DNA from: Octopus sinensis
Taxonomy: Eukaryota
Direction: 5' to 3'
Assembly (NCBI RefSeq): GCF_006345805.1
Contig: NW_021831714.1
Span: 1 to 35,863, forward strand
Length of the DNA stretch: 35,863 bases
Shown: piece after piece, positions 1-12,254 of the stretch
Position numbering within the stretch: position 1 is the first letter of the stretch
Layout: each line of letters opens with the position of its first letter
The notes under the pieces: generated by a model
Told to the model about the DNA's origin: nothing
What the model saw: the letters and a program-made list of their open reading frames with translations, nothing else
The model's database searches: none
Made by a program: the position numbers and the translations under genes

Positions 1-115
1 TAGACAGCTAACACATCTCATTCAGTGCGCCGTTCAGTGTTCATCTTCCTGTTTGAAATACAACTACTGCTTCGGGTGCTACCACTACTACTACTACTAC
101 TTGAAAAATCACTGA

Positions 116-175
116 TTATACATATATATATAAATACATATATGTGTGTCTCTGTGTGTGAATATTTGCCTGTAT

Positions 176-222
<47 letters not shown>

Positions 223-284
223 ATATATATACAGACATATGCATTTATACATATAATTCATACATACATACATACATACATACA

Positions 285-350
<66 letters not shown>

Positions 351-542
351 CGTCCTCTTGCATACATATACGGATATACATGCATACAGCTATATTCATA
401 TATGCATACATATATATCTATATATATATATCATATATATATATCATATATATATCATATATATCTACTGAAATCTCTGTATATCTCTGTCACTCTCTGC
501 ATATATATATATATGTATATATATGTTTATATATATATATAT

Positions 543-594
<52 letters not shown>

Positions 595-1171
595 TTATAT
601 GTGTAAGTATAGTGTATATACATGTATGCATATATATATACATATATTTATGTACATATATATATATACATATGTATATATACATATATATATACACACA
701 TACGCATGCAGATATATATATGTGTACACGCATACAGATACTGAAATTGAAATATATACTATTCATATCTATTTATACACACTTGAACACACATGAACAC
801 ACACACCTCACACACATACACACATACACACATACACAGAGAGGAACACACGTACGTATAATTACATTTGTCTCAGACTATATGTAACTCAATTTTCTGA
901 CTGAGAACCGCTAATTGAAATCGTATGTATTAGAGGTGACTTTTCTTTCAGTGATGAATCATCTCTCAATTCCCTATACTCCTAGATACACAATTCCACA
1001 CCCCCATCCACGAATAGGTTTTCATCAACGCAGTCTCCACCTTTCAAACTCGGACGCCATCACCGTCTCACTTATATCAGAATGTGGATCATTGTCTTTC
1101 ATATTAAGATCCACATATGTGCACCACTCCCACACACCTACACACACACGAACGCACAGACCCACGCACAT

Positions 1172-1218
<47 letters not shown>

Positions 1219-1318
1219 AATGTATATATGTATATATATATATATTTACATATATATACATATAATATATTTACATATATCTACATGTATATATATAAAT
1301 ATATATGTATATATATAT

Positions 1319-1379
<61 letters not shown>

Positions 1380-1625
1380 TTGTTCTCTTACTTTATTATC
1401 ATATGATAATCATGTCATAGTAATGACCTTATGACTCGTATTACTACCTCAGTCACTCGAAATGTATATATTTGTCACTACACTACCTGTCATAAATAGC
1501 CTTTTTCTATTTGCAATGTGAATTTTCGTTGATTTTTCATATTTTACCCTTACATTTCCACGTGTATTTTATATTTTCTTTTCGTAACATATTTCTACAA
1601 TATATATCTATATATATATATAGAT

Positions 1626-1672
<47 letters not shown>

Positions 1673-1744
1673 TGTGTATATTTGAGGTGTGCTGCGTCAA
1701 GAACGTATTAGGGTACTCGTTATATATATGTATATAATATATAG

Positions 1745-1775
<31 letters not shown>

Positions 1776-1809
1776 CACTCATATACATACACACACACAA
1801 ACACACACC

Positions 1810-1859
<50 letters not shown>

Positions 1860-2001
1860 ACTGCCCGAAGAACGGGAACGCGAAACTCTGAGTAACATAT
1901 TTTGTGATGTCTTTGCAAATTTATTAATAGCATATATTACTCTACCTCCGGTAGTCGAGCACTATTTTCTCCACCATGTTCCGTATTTTTATGCTTAGTC
2001 T

Positions 2002-2046
<45 letters not shown>

Positions 2047-2209
2047 TAATATATATATATATACACTTATAGTACGTATATATTACGTACATAGTTACAT
2101 ATATACATGCGAATATATGTATATACACATACACAAATACACGCATACACACGCACACATACACAGATATACGTACACCCTACCTCACACATACGCACAC
2201 GCACGCAGG

Positions 2210-2249
<40 letters not shown>

Positions 2250-2510
2250 ATTACTCGCTCAGTTGCATTTATGCATAGAAACACATTCATATACTTGCAC
2301 ACATACACGCACACACACACACAGACATATGTATTCCGACTCCTAAGCATACATTCATTATCACATCCATACACACATACATTTATACATACGTACATAC
2401 ACATACATACATAGATACATACATACATGCATAAATGTATACATACGTAATCAAATATATTACATCCATACACAAATGCGTACACACGCATATACATATG
2501 TGTGTGTGTT
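116..2510. repeat. Field of compound (TA)n/(TACA)n/(CA)n microsatellites with short unique spacers
   Basis: Direct reading. Main tracts are about 116-830, 1134-1375, 1600-1857 and 2005-2510. They explain the IY/TH/VC-repeat ORFs. Confidence 0.95.
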
Positions 2511-2814
2511 ATTGCAATCACTGATTTGAGAATTGAGCCAGAAGCGCCCTCTGTGAGATTTTCAACCGAGAACAACATCACAGACTTCGGAAAATTACTA
2601 TATTAACCCATATTTTTGATGACTCACATTTCTAGATTTGAAATGTAATGGAGCATGTCTGTCTGTACATACACACACACAAACACACACACACACACAC
2701 ACACATACATAGTATTTAGAATTTAGGGACAACTACGCGTCCTTGAAAATAAACTATACTTCTAAAGCGAACTACAGATGTCACTGGTTCAAAGAACTTC
2801 CATGGATGGAAGGG

Positions 2815-2848
<34 letters not shown>

Positions 2849-3631
2849 AAAAAATCTATCAGAAAGGAACTCTATCTCTCTTAAAAAAATATCTTTTGAT
2901 AAGCATAACAAATCCGCAACCGGTAAAAAGAACTTTCACTAATTAAATTACTTAATTACTTAATTATTTTGTCAGCATTTTCTTCATTTCCTTTTATATA
3001 TATATTATATATATATATATATATTCTATATATATATATATATATAGATATGTATATATATAATATTATATATATAGATATATATATAGATAAGATATAT
3101 ATATAATATATAACCAAGAAAAATTATAAAAAGGCAGAATGCTAAATTGAAGGTAAATTTAATGAAATGGGTGTATGGAAGATTTTAAAAGATTAAAAAA
3201 AAAAATATATATTAATTCAAACCGGTTTTCAAGGCAATGCGACTTTTCAAGAATTGTAAGGTAGAAAGAATTTTTTTTTATAATTGAGGAGGGGGAAAAA
3301 AGAAAATTACATTGTTTTTAGCAAAAAAATAATAAACACATACAAAAATTAAAAAATAGGTACACCGATACATTGTAAAGTCTTTGTGTATCTCGAGTTC
3401 AATGATAGTCCTTGGAAAAATTACCTTGGAGGATTAGGATCCATGTGATTAAATCCATGTGGTGTTTAATTTAGGATGTTATATATATTATATATATATA
3501 TATAATAATATATATATATATTACGGAAATGTACTTGCATAGCGAGTGACTTGATCTGAGATCGTGTGATGGAACGAAAACAATTGCAGCGTGGAAGGTG
3601 TTTATAAGCCATTTAAGAAACACACAAAAAC

Positions 3632-5297
3632 CGTGTGACTGCGCAGAGAGGTTAGAAGGTTTATCATCTTCAGATTGAAAGCATGGGACAGGTTGGGTAT
3701 GGAACTGGAAAGGTAGCCGGTTCCAAAACTATCCATCCATCCAAAAGAAGAAAAGTGTCCTTAATGCCAACTTCAACCAGAGCGATTTCAGTGTTATCGT
3801 CAACGTCTGAAACAGAGACTGAAAGTGAACGTTAAGAGTTTGTAAAATTAGATAAAGAATCCACACAAACAAGGAGAAAGTATTGTTGTTCCTTCTCGAG
3901 CCATGCCTGGCTCATAAGGGCCGGTTTTTCCGGATTCTTTGGCGTATAGGTTCCTCACCTGGACGGGACGCCGGTCTGTCCCAGGTGAGCTGCAAGTAGC
4001 AGGAGAAAAGAGTGAGTGAAAGTTGTGGCGAAAGAATCAGCAGAAGTTTCGCCATTACCTTCTGCAGGAGCTGCGTGGAGCTTAGGTGTTTCGCTCATAA
4101 ACACACACATTGCCCGGTCTGAGATTCGAACTCGCGATCCCTCGACCGCGAGTCCGCTGCACTAACCACTAGGCCATGTGCCTCAACAAGGAGGAAGTAT
4201 AGCAAAACTGGAACTGAAACTAAGGTAGTAATATCCTCCAATACCCAAAAAGCAGTAACATTTAGTCGAGAATTATCTCAAGATGGACTCAATGTCGGGT
4301 CTTCTTCCCAATCTGGTATTTACAGATCATCTATGAGAGAAGCTGTTAAACTAAAAGAGAAAATGAAGAAAAAACTACATTTAGAAAACTGGTCATTGCT
4401 TTTTGATGGTAAACATTGTTTATCAAATGCTAGTTATAAAGAATGAATAGAGGGATGTTAAGTTAGAAGCAATCCAATTACCATAGGGAAAAGCCGATAC
4501 TGTTGTGAAAGGAATAACAGCTGTTTTAGATGAATACAATTTATGGAACTGTGTAAAGATGATTGTCACTGAGACAATGAGTGTGAACACTGGGAAAAGA
4601 AATGATGTTGTCATTCAGTTGCAAAGACTGTTTGCTCAAAAGGGTTTGAAAGATCTGCAATTTATTGGTTCTCGGCATCATATCCTTGACAGAGTTCTTC
4701 GTGTTGTGATGGATAACAAACTTGGAGAAAAATGTCATCTCCCAATATTGAATATATCTTCATCCCAGAGCTTCTAACTAATTATGAGAAATTTCAGGCT
4801 AATTTCAACAATGGTAAAGAAAAGATTACTGAATCATCAGAATGGCGAGATGACATAAAATTTCTATATCATCTGACCAGTTTTACATTTCTTTGAATAA
4901 ACTGACAAATTTCCTACTGTAAAGTTTCAAAAAACTTAAGAAAGGCAAGATGGAATTCTCGAGCAATTCTAGCTCTTTTGGCATTTACTCTTCTACCAGA
5001 GAAAAGTGGTTTGCTTCTCAATGCTTGTCGATTCATCTCTAACAGCTGAGCAGGTTTTTGGTTTATTGAGAAAATGTTCAATGCACATGATTATCAGAAG
5101 TTATGTAGTTGCCTGCAAATTCATAAAAAAAAGCATTGAGTTCTGTTAATAACTTTTGGAGTCGAGAACTATCAAAACTGGAAATTCCCAAAACAAATCA
5201 GAGTGCAGAATGGGCAATCAATTGCCTTCAAGACTTTTATGATGCTTGTAAAAAGGAGAAACTTTAGCTTCGATATATTTTATCTAACGAAACATAG
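3632..5297 (+). pseudogene. Decayed hAT-superfamily (hATm-like) transposase interrupted by a SINE
   Basis: Manual translation across stops and frameshifts gives YHLQIESMGQVGYGTGK..IHPSKRR (3662-), WSLLFDGK (4390-4413), VTETMSVNTG, GSRHHILDRVL, WRDDIKFLYHL, ARWNSRAILAL and TNQSAEWAI..LRYILSNET* (stop 5295-5297). These match the hAT D/D/CxxH/RW/E motif order. The hATm label is from memory. Confidence 0.8.
3884..4184 (-). mobile_element. tRNA-derived SINE, working family B
   Basis: Minus strand has A-box TGGCCTAGTGG, B-box GTTCGAATC and an (AAC)n tail. 16-bp TSD with 1 mismatch: AACAAGGAGAAAGTAT 3868-3883 and AACAAGGAGGAAGTAT 4185-4200. Confidence 0.9.
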
Positions 5298-5760
5298 GCG
5301 CAGGAGTGGCTGTGTGGCAAGTAGCTTGCTAACCAGCCACATGGTTCCGGGTTCAGTCCCCCTGCGTGGCATCTTGGGCAAGTGTATTCTGCTATAGCTC
5401 CGGGCCGACCAAAGCCTTGTGAGTGGATTTGGTAGACGGAAACTGAAAGAAGCCTGTCGTATATATATATATATATATATAATATATATATATTATATAT
5501 ATACGACAGGCTTCTTTCAGTATATATATATTATGTATGTATGTGTTTGTGCGTCTGTGCTTGTCTCCCCAACATCGCTTGACAACCGATGCTGGTGTGT
5601 TTACGTCCCCGTAACTTAGCGGTTCGGCAAAAAGAGACCGATAGAATAAGTACTGGGCTTACAAAGAATGAGTCCCGGGGTCGATTTGCTCTCGATTAAA
5701 AGCGGTGCTCCAGCATGGCCGCAGTCAGATGACTGAAACAAGTAAAAGAGTAAAGAGTAA
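5294..5760 (+). mobile_element. tRNA-derived SINE, working family A (full length, internal microsatellite)
   Basis: Head GGCGCAGGAGTGGCTGTGTGG..GGTTCAGTCCC, central (TA)n/(TG)n and tail ..CCAGCATGGCCGCAGTC..GTAAAAGAGTAAAG. Homologous copies occur elsewhere in the window. Confidence 0.9.
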
Positions 5761-5999
5761 CCACACAACACGTATCCTGAACACCCCTTAGATAATCCCA
5801 AACAACCCTATTGGACTTTCCATTAACTTTTTAACTCATCCCTGTTTTAATTGTTTAATGCTACATATATGCGTACGTATGAGGATGTAACTTGCTGACC
5901 CATTTCAATGCAGAAATAGCATACCTGGAATTTTAGCTTTCTAGTTGAAGTATTTTCGGAGTTATGCGCCTTTTAAGCTTTACTCACTAGGTGACACTA
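5761..5999 (+). mobile_element. Candidate 3' subterminal region and right end of the hAT-like element
   Basis: It follows the transposase stop once the SINE is removed and ends in ..CACTAGGTGACACTA (reverse complement starts TAG). I found no matching left TIR. Confidence 0.3.
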
Positions 6000-6153
6000 G
6001 ATTTACACTTCAGTATTTCCGCCGCCTAAATCCTTGTAAACGCAAGGGAGATGAGGAATAAAAATGTACCTACATATTTTAAAGATTACTGATTTGAAAT
6101 TAGCGTAATAATAAATCCCAGAGCGAGTTATAAACAGTAGCTACAACACATCG

Positions 6154-6515
6154 TGACGTATATTTGTCATTTAAATATGGCTAACCCTTAAGGGTGGATG
6201 CTACTGTAGCTTGTAGCTCCAGGAGGACACCTCCTCCAGCTGGCCATAGACACTTTCTGTGCCCTATCAGTATTTGCAAAGGGAAGCCATCCTTCTCGTC
6301 TTCAACCTATGATATACACGGACTCGAGTTTCTGAGTATTGACCCGTCATCGGCGTGTGACAATCACAGTTGTCGATGAGAAGTAGGTTCCCTTCACAAA
6401 TACTTAAACCTTTTTCCAGTATCGATAGACACTGATATCGAAAAAGTGTGGGCAACAAACTACAGTAGCATCCACCCTTACGGGTTAGCCATATTTAAAT
6501 GGCAAATATACGTCA
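6154..6515. mobile_element. MITE-like element with 56-bp terminal inverted repeats
   Basis: 6154-6209 and 6460-6515 are inverted with 2 mismatches in 56 bp. The interior is non-coding. Confidence 0.8.
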
Positions 6516-6716
6516 TGATTTGAAATTGCTCTATGCAAAGGTTTAAAACTAGGCTATTTAAAGAGAAACCATTACAAAAATTCGATAACATACAAAATTA
6601 TAAACAATACATATTTTTAACTTTATAGGTTTAATTCCAATTTTAAATAACTGTATTAAAAAAAGGGTGCTGAATGTTAGCAACTTTTTAAACATAACTA
6701 AGAATTAATATATACA

Positions 6717-7097
6717 CTTTTACTCTTTTACTTGTTTCAGTCATTTGACTGCGGCCATGCTGGAGCACAGCCTTTAGTCGAGCAAATCGACCCCGGGACT
6801 TATTCTTTGTAAGCCCAGTACTTATTCTATCGGTCTCTTTTGCCAAACTGCTAAGTGACGGGGACGTAAACACCAGCGTCGGTTGTCAAGCAATGCTAGG
6901 GGGACAAACACAAACATACACGCACACATATATATACATATATACAACGGGCTTCTTTCAGTTTCCGTCAACCAAATCCACTCACAAGGCTTTGGTCGGC
7001 CCGAGGCTATAGTAGAAGACACTTGCCCAAGGTGTCACGCAGTGAGACTGAACCCGGAACCGTGTGGTTGGTAAGCAAGCTACTTACCATGCATCCA
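6717..7097 (-). mobile_element. SINE family A, near full length
   Basis: Reverse-complement match to 5294-5760 across head, microsatellite and tail. Confidence 0.9.
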
Positions 7098-7099
7098 CT

Positions 7100-7137
<38 letters not shown>

Positions 7138-7315
7138 CCATAATTCTATATACTAATGCACATAAGAAATCTCTCACACACACATGCGTGCACATACACA
7201 CAAACACACACATACAGACACATGTATATCTATAAAAGCTCGGGGCCGACAAACACACATATTTACACAGCTATGCAAACACACATATACACACATGCAA
7301 AGACACGCGCGCACG

Positions 7316-7360
<45 letters not shown>

Positions 7361-8070
7361 GTATATATCGAGAGGGAGAAGTTCCTCTATAAGTATAGAT
7401 AGAGATGTACTTACATATGATAACATTATTATAAAAACAAGATGTCAGCCTTTGAATTTTACATCGACAGATATATTCGGTGAAGTGAACAGTTAATGCG
7501 TTATTCCCGTTATATCATATTGTAAATATCCGGTTTGCTATAAAATTTCCGGTTTGTTTTATTGTTTACAATCAATAAATCAATCAGTTGCCCTCACATT
7601 ATTTTAGCTTGACAGTAAGAATTTAATATCCTGTTGACACTAAATGAAAATGTCAGACGTCTTAAATAAAAGAGATGAATTATTTAAAATGTGGTACTTC
7701 TCGGCAATACCTCAAGGCTGTAGCTACTTTCACTTAGAGAGGCAGATAGACAAATGCACTTATATAGCTGTTGTTGTTGCTGTTCAGATTGAAGTCAGCC
7801 TTAATCCAACTGCCTAGAGTGAAATGTAATATATCGTTCGCTATTCTTGCATTTTCGGGTTATGTCGGAGTTTTACATTCACGGAGAGTCTTGGGGGATG
7901 TGGGCTCGAGTGCCAAGGCTGTTTGTTGACAAATTTTTCTGCCTTGTAAGGACAATTCACCCAACATTTCTGCTCTTCTAATGGCAATTCTTCGTTCAAA
8001 AATGTATCTTCTTGTTTGTATCGTACAATACAGCTTTTGACGCTTGTAATAAAATTTGAAACCAGTATAA

Positions 8071-8107
<37 letters not shown>

Positions 8108-8110
8108 GAT

Positions 8111-8412
8111 AAAGACCTGAAAATAGAGGTAACCAGAATGTGGAATCTAAAAACAGAAACAATTCCTATCATAGTAGGTGCATTAGGCATGATAAAAAAA
8201 ATATTCAGACAAATACATAACAAAAACACCAGGATTTACAAACACATATAACATACAGAAAATTGCACTACTAGGCACTGCACACATCCTACGCAGAACA
8301 CTTTCCATACAATAACCATCAGAGCATCACAACAAATCACAGCACATACCTAAGGCACACAGAGCTGCGCTCGGTAGTGAGGTGAAAGCACGCTATAAAA
8401 ATAAAACTACTG
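8111..8412 (+). mobile_element. 3' end of a restriction-like-endonuclease non-LTR retrotransposon (HERO/NeSL-like)
   Basis: KDLKIEVTRMWNLKTETIPIIVGALGMIKK-(frameshift)-YSDKYITKTPGFTNTYNIQKIALLGTAHILRRTLSIQ* (stop 8313-8315), then a 3' UTR and an (AAT)n tail from 8413. Confidence 0.8.
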
Positions 8413-8438
8413 AATAATAATAATAATAATAATATAAT

Positions 8439-8474
<36 letters not shown>

Positions 8475-8504
8475 TATCATTATTATTATTATTATTACTA
8501 TTAC

Positions 8505-8541
<37 letters not shown>

Positions 8542-8555
8542 ATTATTATAATTAC

Positions 8556-8609
<54 letters not shown>

Positions 8610-8640
8610 CATCATTATTGTTGTTGTTGTTGTTGTTGCT
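8413..8640. repeat. (AAT)n tract switching to (ATT)n/(GTT)n: two opposed LINE tails
   Basis: Direct reading. The polarity switches near 8475. Confidence 0.9.
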
Positions 8641-9014
8641 GTTATAGTGATTGCTACTTCTTTACAGAAGATGGCCAATTCTTCTCTTCAGTTGGTAATT
8701 GCCATCTAAGAACTCTAATTCCTAGCAAGTCTGACTTTGGACAAACAGACCTTACTGCAGATATTACAAACATTTCTGGACAGGGAAGCGTTTTGATTTT
8801 GAAGTCGAGTCCTGTTTGCGAAGTGCTCGTCTGAAGATGGATTCTTCGATCTTCCGCGTTTCAAAATTTCCAATGCCAATATAGATCACTTAATTCCAAA
8901 CAGTCCGATCTTTTCCTCAATCGTTCCAACTCTTCAAAATTCACGCTAAGAAACTTAAGGTTGATTTTGACGGCTTCCTTAAAAGGGGTTTTGAGGTTTA
9001 TGTCATGGACATTT
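8641..9014 (-). mobile_element. 3' end of an RTE-clade LINE (ORF2 C-terminus), decayed
   Basis: Minus strand with frameshifts: GKCP*HKPQ..FKEAVKINLK..DRTVW..FETRKIEE..RRALRK..CNICSKVCLSKVRL, followed by an (AAC)/(AAT) tail. Confidence 0.7.
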
Positions 9015-9318
9015 GTGGAGGTGCAATGGCCAGTGGCTAGGGCAGCAGACTCATGGTTTCGATTCCCAGACCGGGCGTTGTGTGTGTTTATTGAGCGAAA
9101 ACACTAAAAAGGTCCACGAGGCTCCGGCAGGGGGTGGTGGCAACCCCTGTTGTACTCTTTCGCCCAAGCTTTCTCTCACTCTTTCTTCCTGTTTCTTGAG
9201 TAACACTGCGATGGACTGGTGTCCCGTCCAGCTAGGGTGAACACATACGCCGTAGAAACCGGGAAACTGGGCCCATGAGCCTTGCTAGGCTTGAAAAGGG
9301 CGAAAAGAGAAAAAGATA
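9015..9318 (+). mobile_element. SINE family B inserted in the RTE fragment
   Basis: Homologous to 3884-4184. Contains CTGCGATGGACTGGTGTCCCGTCCAG. TSD 11/12: TCATGGACATTT 9003-9014 and TCAAGGACATTT 9319-9330. Confidence 0.85.
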
Positions 9319-9940
9319 TCAAGGACATTTACCAGGTGCGGTGTATGGCTTAGGGGTTACTGGGTGACCGAATTGATTTTCGTAGCTGGGGAAGCACATC
9401 GACGCAGAAACGCATGTGTTTTACGATCTAATGACGATACAGACATCCGTAATAAAATGTTTGCTCATATTAGTATACCTGGGAATTTTTTCTCTCTGAA
9501 TATACTTGCAGCATAAGGCTTTAGCACGCACGATTACAATCGATTGGGGTGAACATTTTACACGATAATCCGATGTTATATCTGCCATTGGTAATCACAT
9601 AAACTAGAATAGTCTGTTTCTTAGTCAGACCTCCGGTGACTAAACCGATTAAACCAGTGAAGGTTATCAACCTTGTGTAGGGAGAATGGATGGATATTGT
9701 GACAAAAGCAAAAACAATATCTGTCTACAAAGATTGTCGTGATTTCGAAGCACGCGCTCTTCTTTTCTGAATTTGGCACCGGTTTGAAATATTTTCAAGA
9801 GAAAGTTTACGATTCTGGTTGTGGATAAAGAAGACTGTGGGAACAAATTTAGCAATTTTTGGCAAAATATGTACACTTTTCCCAATTTATAACAAAAAGT
9901 TTGTGAAATATTTAAAATGTTGGATAGATAGAAAAATATA

Positions 9941-10042
9941 ACTGTCAATAGCCAGCTGGAGAAGATGTTCTCCTGGGGCTACAAGCTACAGGAACATCCA
10001 TCCTTAGTGGTTAGCCATATTGAGATGGCAAATATACTTCAC
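9941..10042 (-). mobile_element. Partial second copy of the 6154-6515 MITE end
   Basis: The reverse complement aligns to 6154-6255 (TIR plus adjacent interior). Confidence 0.75.
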
Positions 10043-10543
10043 ATTATAACAAAATAATTTGACAAAAATGTGAATTTTAAAAATTATTTTCTGAAATTTT
10101 ACAAAAACAACAAAAATATTATTTAAAAAAAATTGGCTTCGAATTCGATCCGATGGAACCAATGGAAGCTGCATGTCTTGATGTCATATGCCAGTTAAAG
10201 TCAGGAGCATGCTCATCCAAGTGTAGGTAATAAGAACATAATATTAAGTTTGTAATTAATTGATAAACACTAGTAATGCTATTAATAATATAAACATTTC
10301 AAATAAACAAATGAGAAATTCTTCTTAATTTAATTTTAAATTAAATAAATATTATAATTTTGAAAATTAATATTCATTATATTTGTTTTTATTCAGCATC
10401 ATATTTGAAAAGAATAAAAAATTTATAGTTTTCTTACTTTTATAACACTAACCGTTATTTACCCTACAAAGACAAAATATATTTACTCGAGCCTAACTAA
10501 ATTATATTTACCCGAGCTTCATATGACGAATAACATTATCTTA

Positions 10544-10972
10544 TCTCTCTATATATAAACGGCAGTTTGTCTGTCTGTGTGTCTGTGTGTCTGTCAGTTG
10601 TACCCTCACCCTGACCATGGCTTTCAACCGATTCTGATGAAACTTGACACACACATAGCCCAATGTCATAATTCAAAACTAACGCAGCGAAAATTTTGAA
10701 AAGTTCCCCCAGTTCTGAAAAAATCGATAAATTCGACATGGGGTCGAGAATCTAAGCTTTTTATATGCAACACATTTTCTGGGCTGTACGTGGGCTGTTC
10801 ATGCGTTGGGAGGCGCAATGATGTTTTCATACACAGAAGTATTCGAGTGAAGAGCAGACATTGCAACCTACACATGCGCCTTCGTTCCCTAGAGGGAAAG
10901 GACTAGATTGGGATTAGTCGTTGCCTACTAGGGGCTCTTACATACCCGGGCAACGCCGGGCTATGCTGCTAG
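10544..10972 (+). mobile_element. Non-autonomous Helitron
   Basis: 5' TC after A (TCTCTCTATATATAAA), 3' hairpin CCCGG-GCAACG-CCGGG at 10945-10960, terminal CTAG at 10969-10972 followed by T. No TSD. Confidence 0.75.
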
Positions 10973-11152
10973 TATATATATATGCATATATATATATTTG
11001 CAGGGCGACTCGTGTATATACGGAATCTTTCTTTCAATCTGAATAAAAATGAATCATAAGCGTGATATAAAAGGCATACACGTTTTGGCAAGTATGCAAT
11101 TGAAAGAAAAGCAAAGTATATACACGTTTTAATGTGTTAATATTTATGATCG

Positions 11153-11362
11153 TAAGGCGGCGAGCCGGCAGAAACGTCAGCACGCCGGGTGAAATGCGAA
11201 GCCGTATTTCATCTGCCGTTACGAACTCGGGTGGATGTAATCGACTTAATCTGTATGTCTGTCCTTGTTTGTCCTCTCTGTGTTTAGCCCCCTTTGGGTA
11301 GTAAAGGTATTTCGTCTATCTTTACGTTCTGAGTTCAAATTCCACCGAGGTCGACTTTGCCT
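11153..11362 (+). mobile_element. SINE family C, rearranged (head plus tail, then a second truncated unit)
   Basis: AAGGCGGCGAGCCGGCAGAAACG head. The second unit starts TATTTCGTCT at 11308 and matches 25832 onward. Confidence 0.75.
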
Positions 11363-11442
11363 TTCATCCTTTCGCACGCAAAACAGACACATAGACAGAA
11401 ACACACACGCATATTTACTCGTATATATATATATATATTATA

Positions 11443-11506
<64 letters not shown>

Positions 11507-11816
11507 TATAATAACAATTTAATAAATAAAACATATGCATACATACATACATACATGCATATATGTACGTACCTACATCTATATGTATATATACATGCAT
11601 ATATGGGTACAGGACACCACAAAAAAAAAACGTCAGAACACAACAAGAAACGAAAACAAAAACAAACAAGGAAACAGACCTTTTTCAAACAACGTAAAAA
11701 CAGAGTACAAGCCATACAACACAACGAACATTCCCCTTCTTCAGCTGCCCCTGTTTCGACTTATTGCGTTCCTTGTGTTGTATGTCTTGTTCTCTGATTT
11801 TCCAAGTAAGTTTTAT

Positions 11817-11880
<64 letters not shown>

Positions 11881-12039
11881 CCTTTGGGGATTTGGATTGC
11901 AAGATTCTGTATGTGAGTTTGTGTGTTGAAGCATAGTTTGTTTAGTCTGGGGAGAGTTATTCTCTTTTAGTGCCTTATAATTTAACAAACTCAGCGGTAA
12001 AGTTTCCATATATATATATATATATATAAACAATACCAA

Positions 12040-12177
12040 ATGTGTATATAGCATGTATGTCTTATACAACTCACTATAAAAATATTCAACTGTATATTTG
12101 AAGGATATCCAGTGTGCACAGTGCAGGTACGTTAAACGAAGGACAGCCAGGGTACACACACGCATATACACATATGC

Positions 12178-12254
<77 letters not shown>

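Noticed and set aside
1851-1900. Hammerhead-like CCGAAGA..GAAACTCTGAGTA motif
   Set aside because: Six extra nt separate the putative stem I from the core and stem II has only 2 bp. It is possibly a relic but not supportable.
2511-2815. Short open frames IAITDLRIEPEAPSVRFSTENN.. and ..HWFKELPWMEG as host exons
   Set aside because: No convincing splice acceptor or donor, and no recognisable domain.
7760-8067. Possible second decayed RTE 3' end on the minus strand
   Set aside because: It ends in an (AAC)-like tail, but the peptide motifs are too degraded to call.
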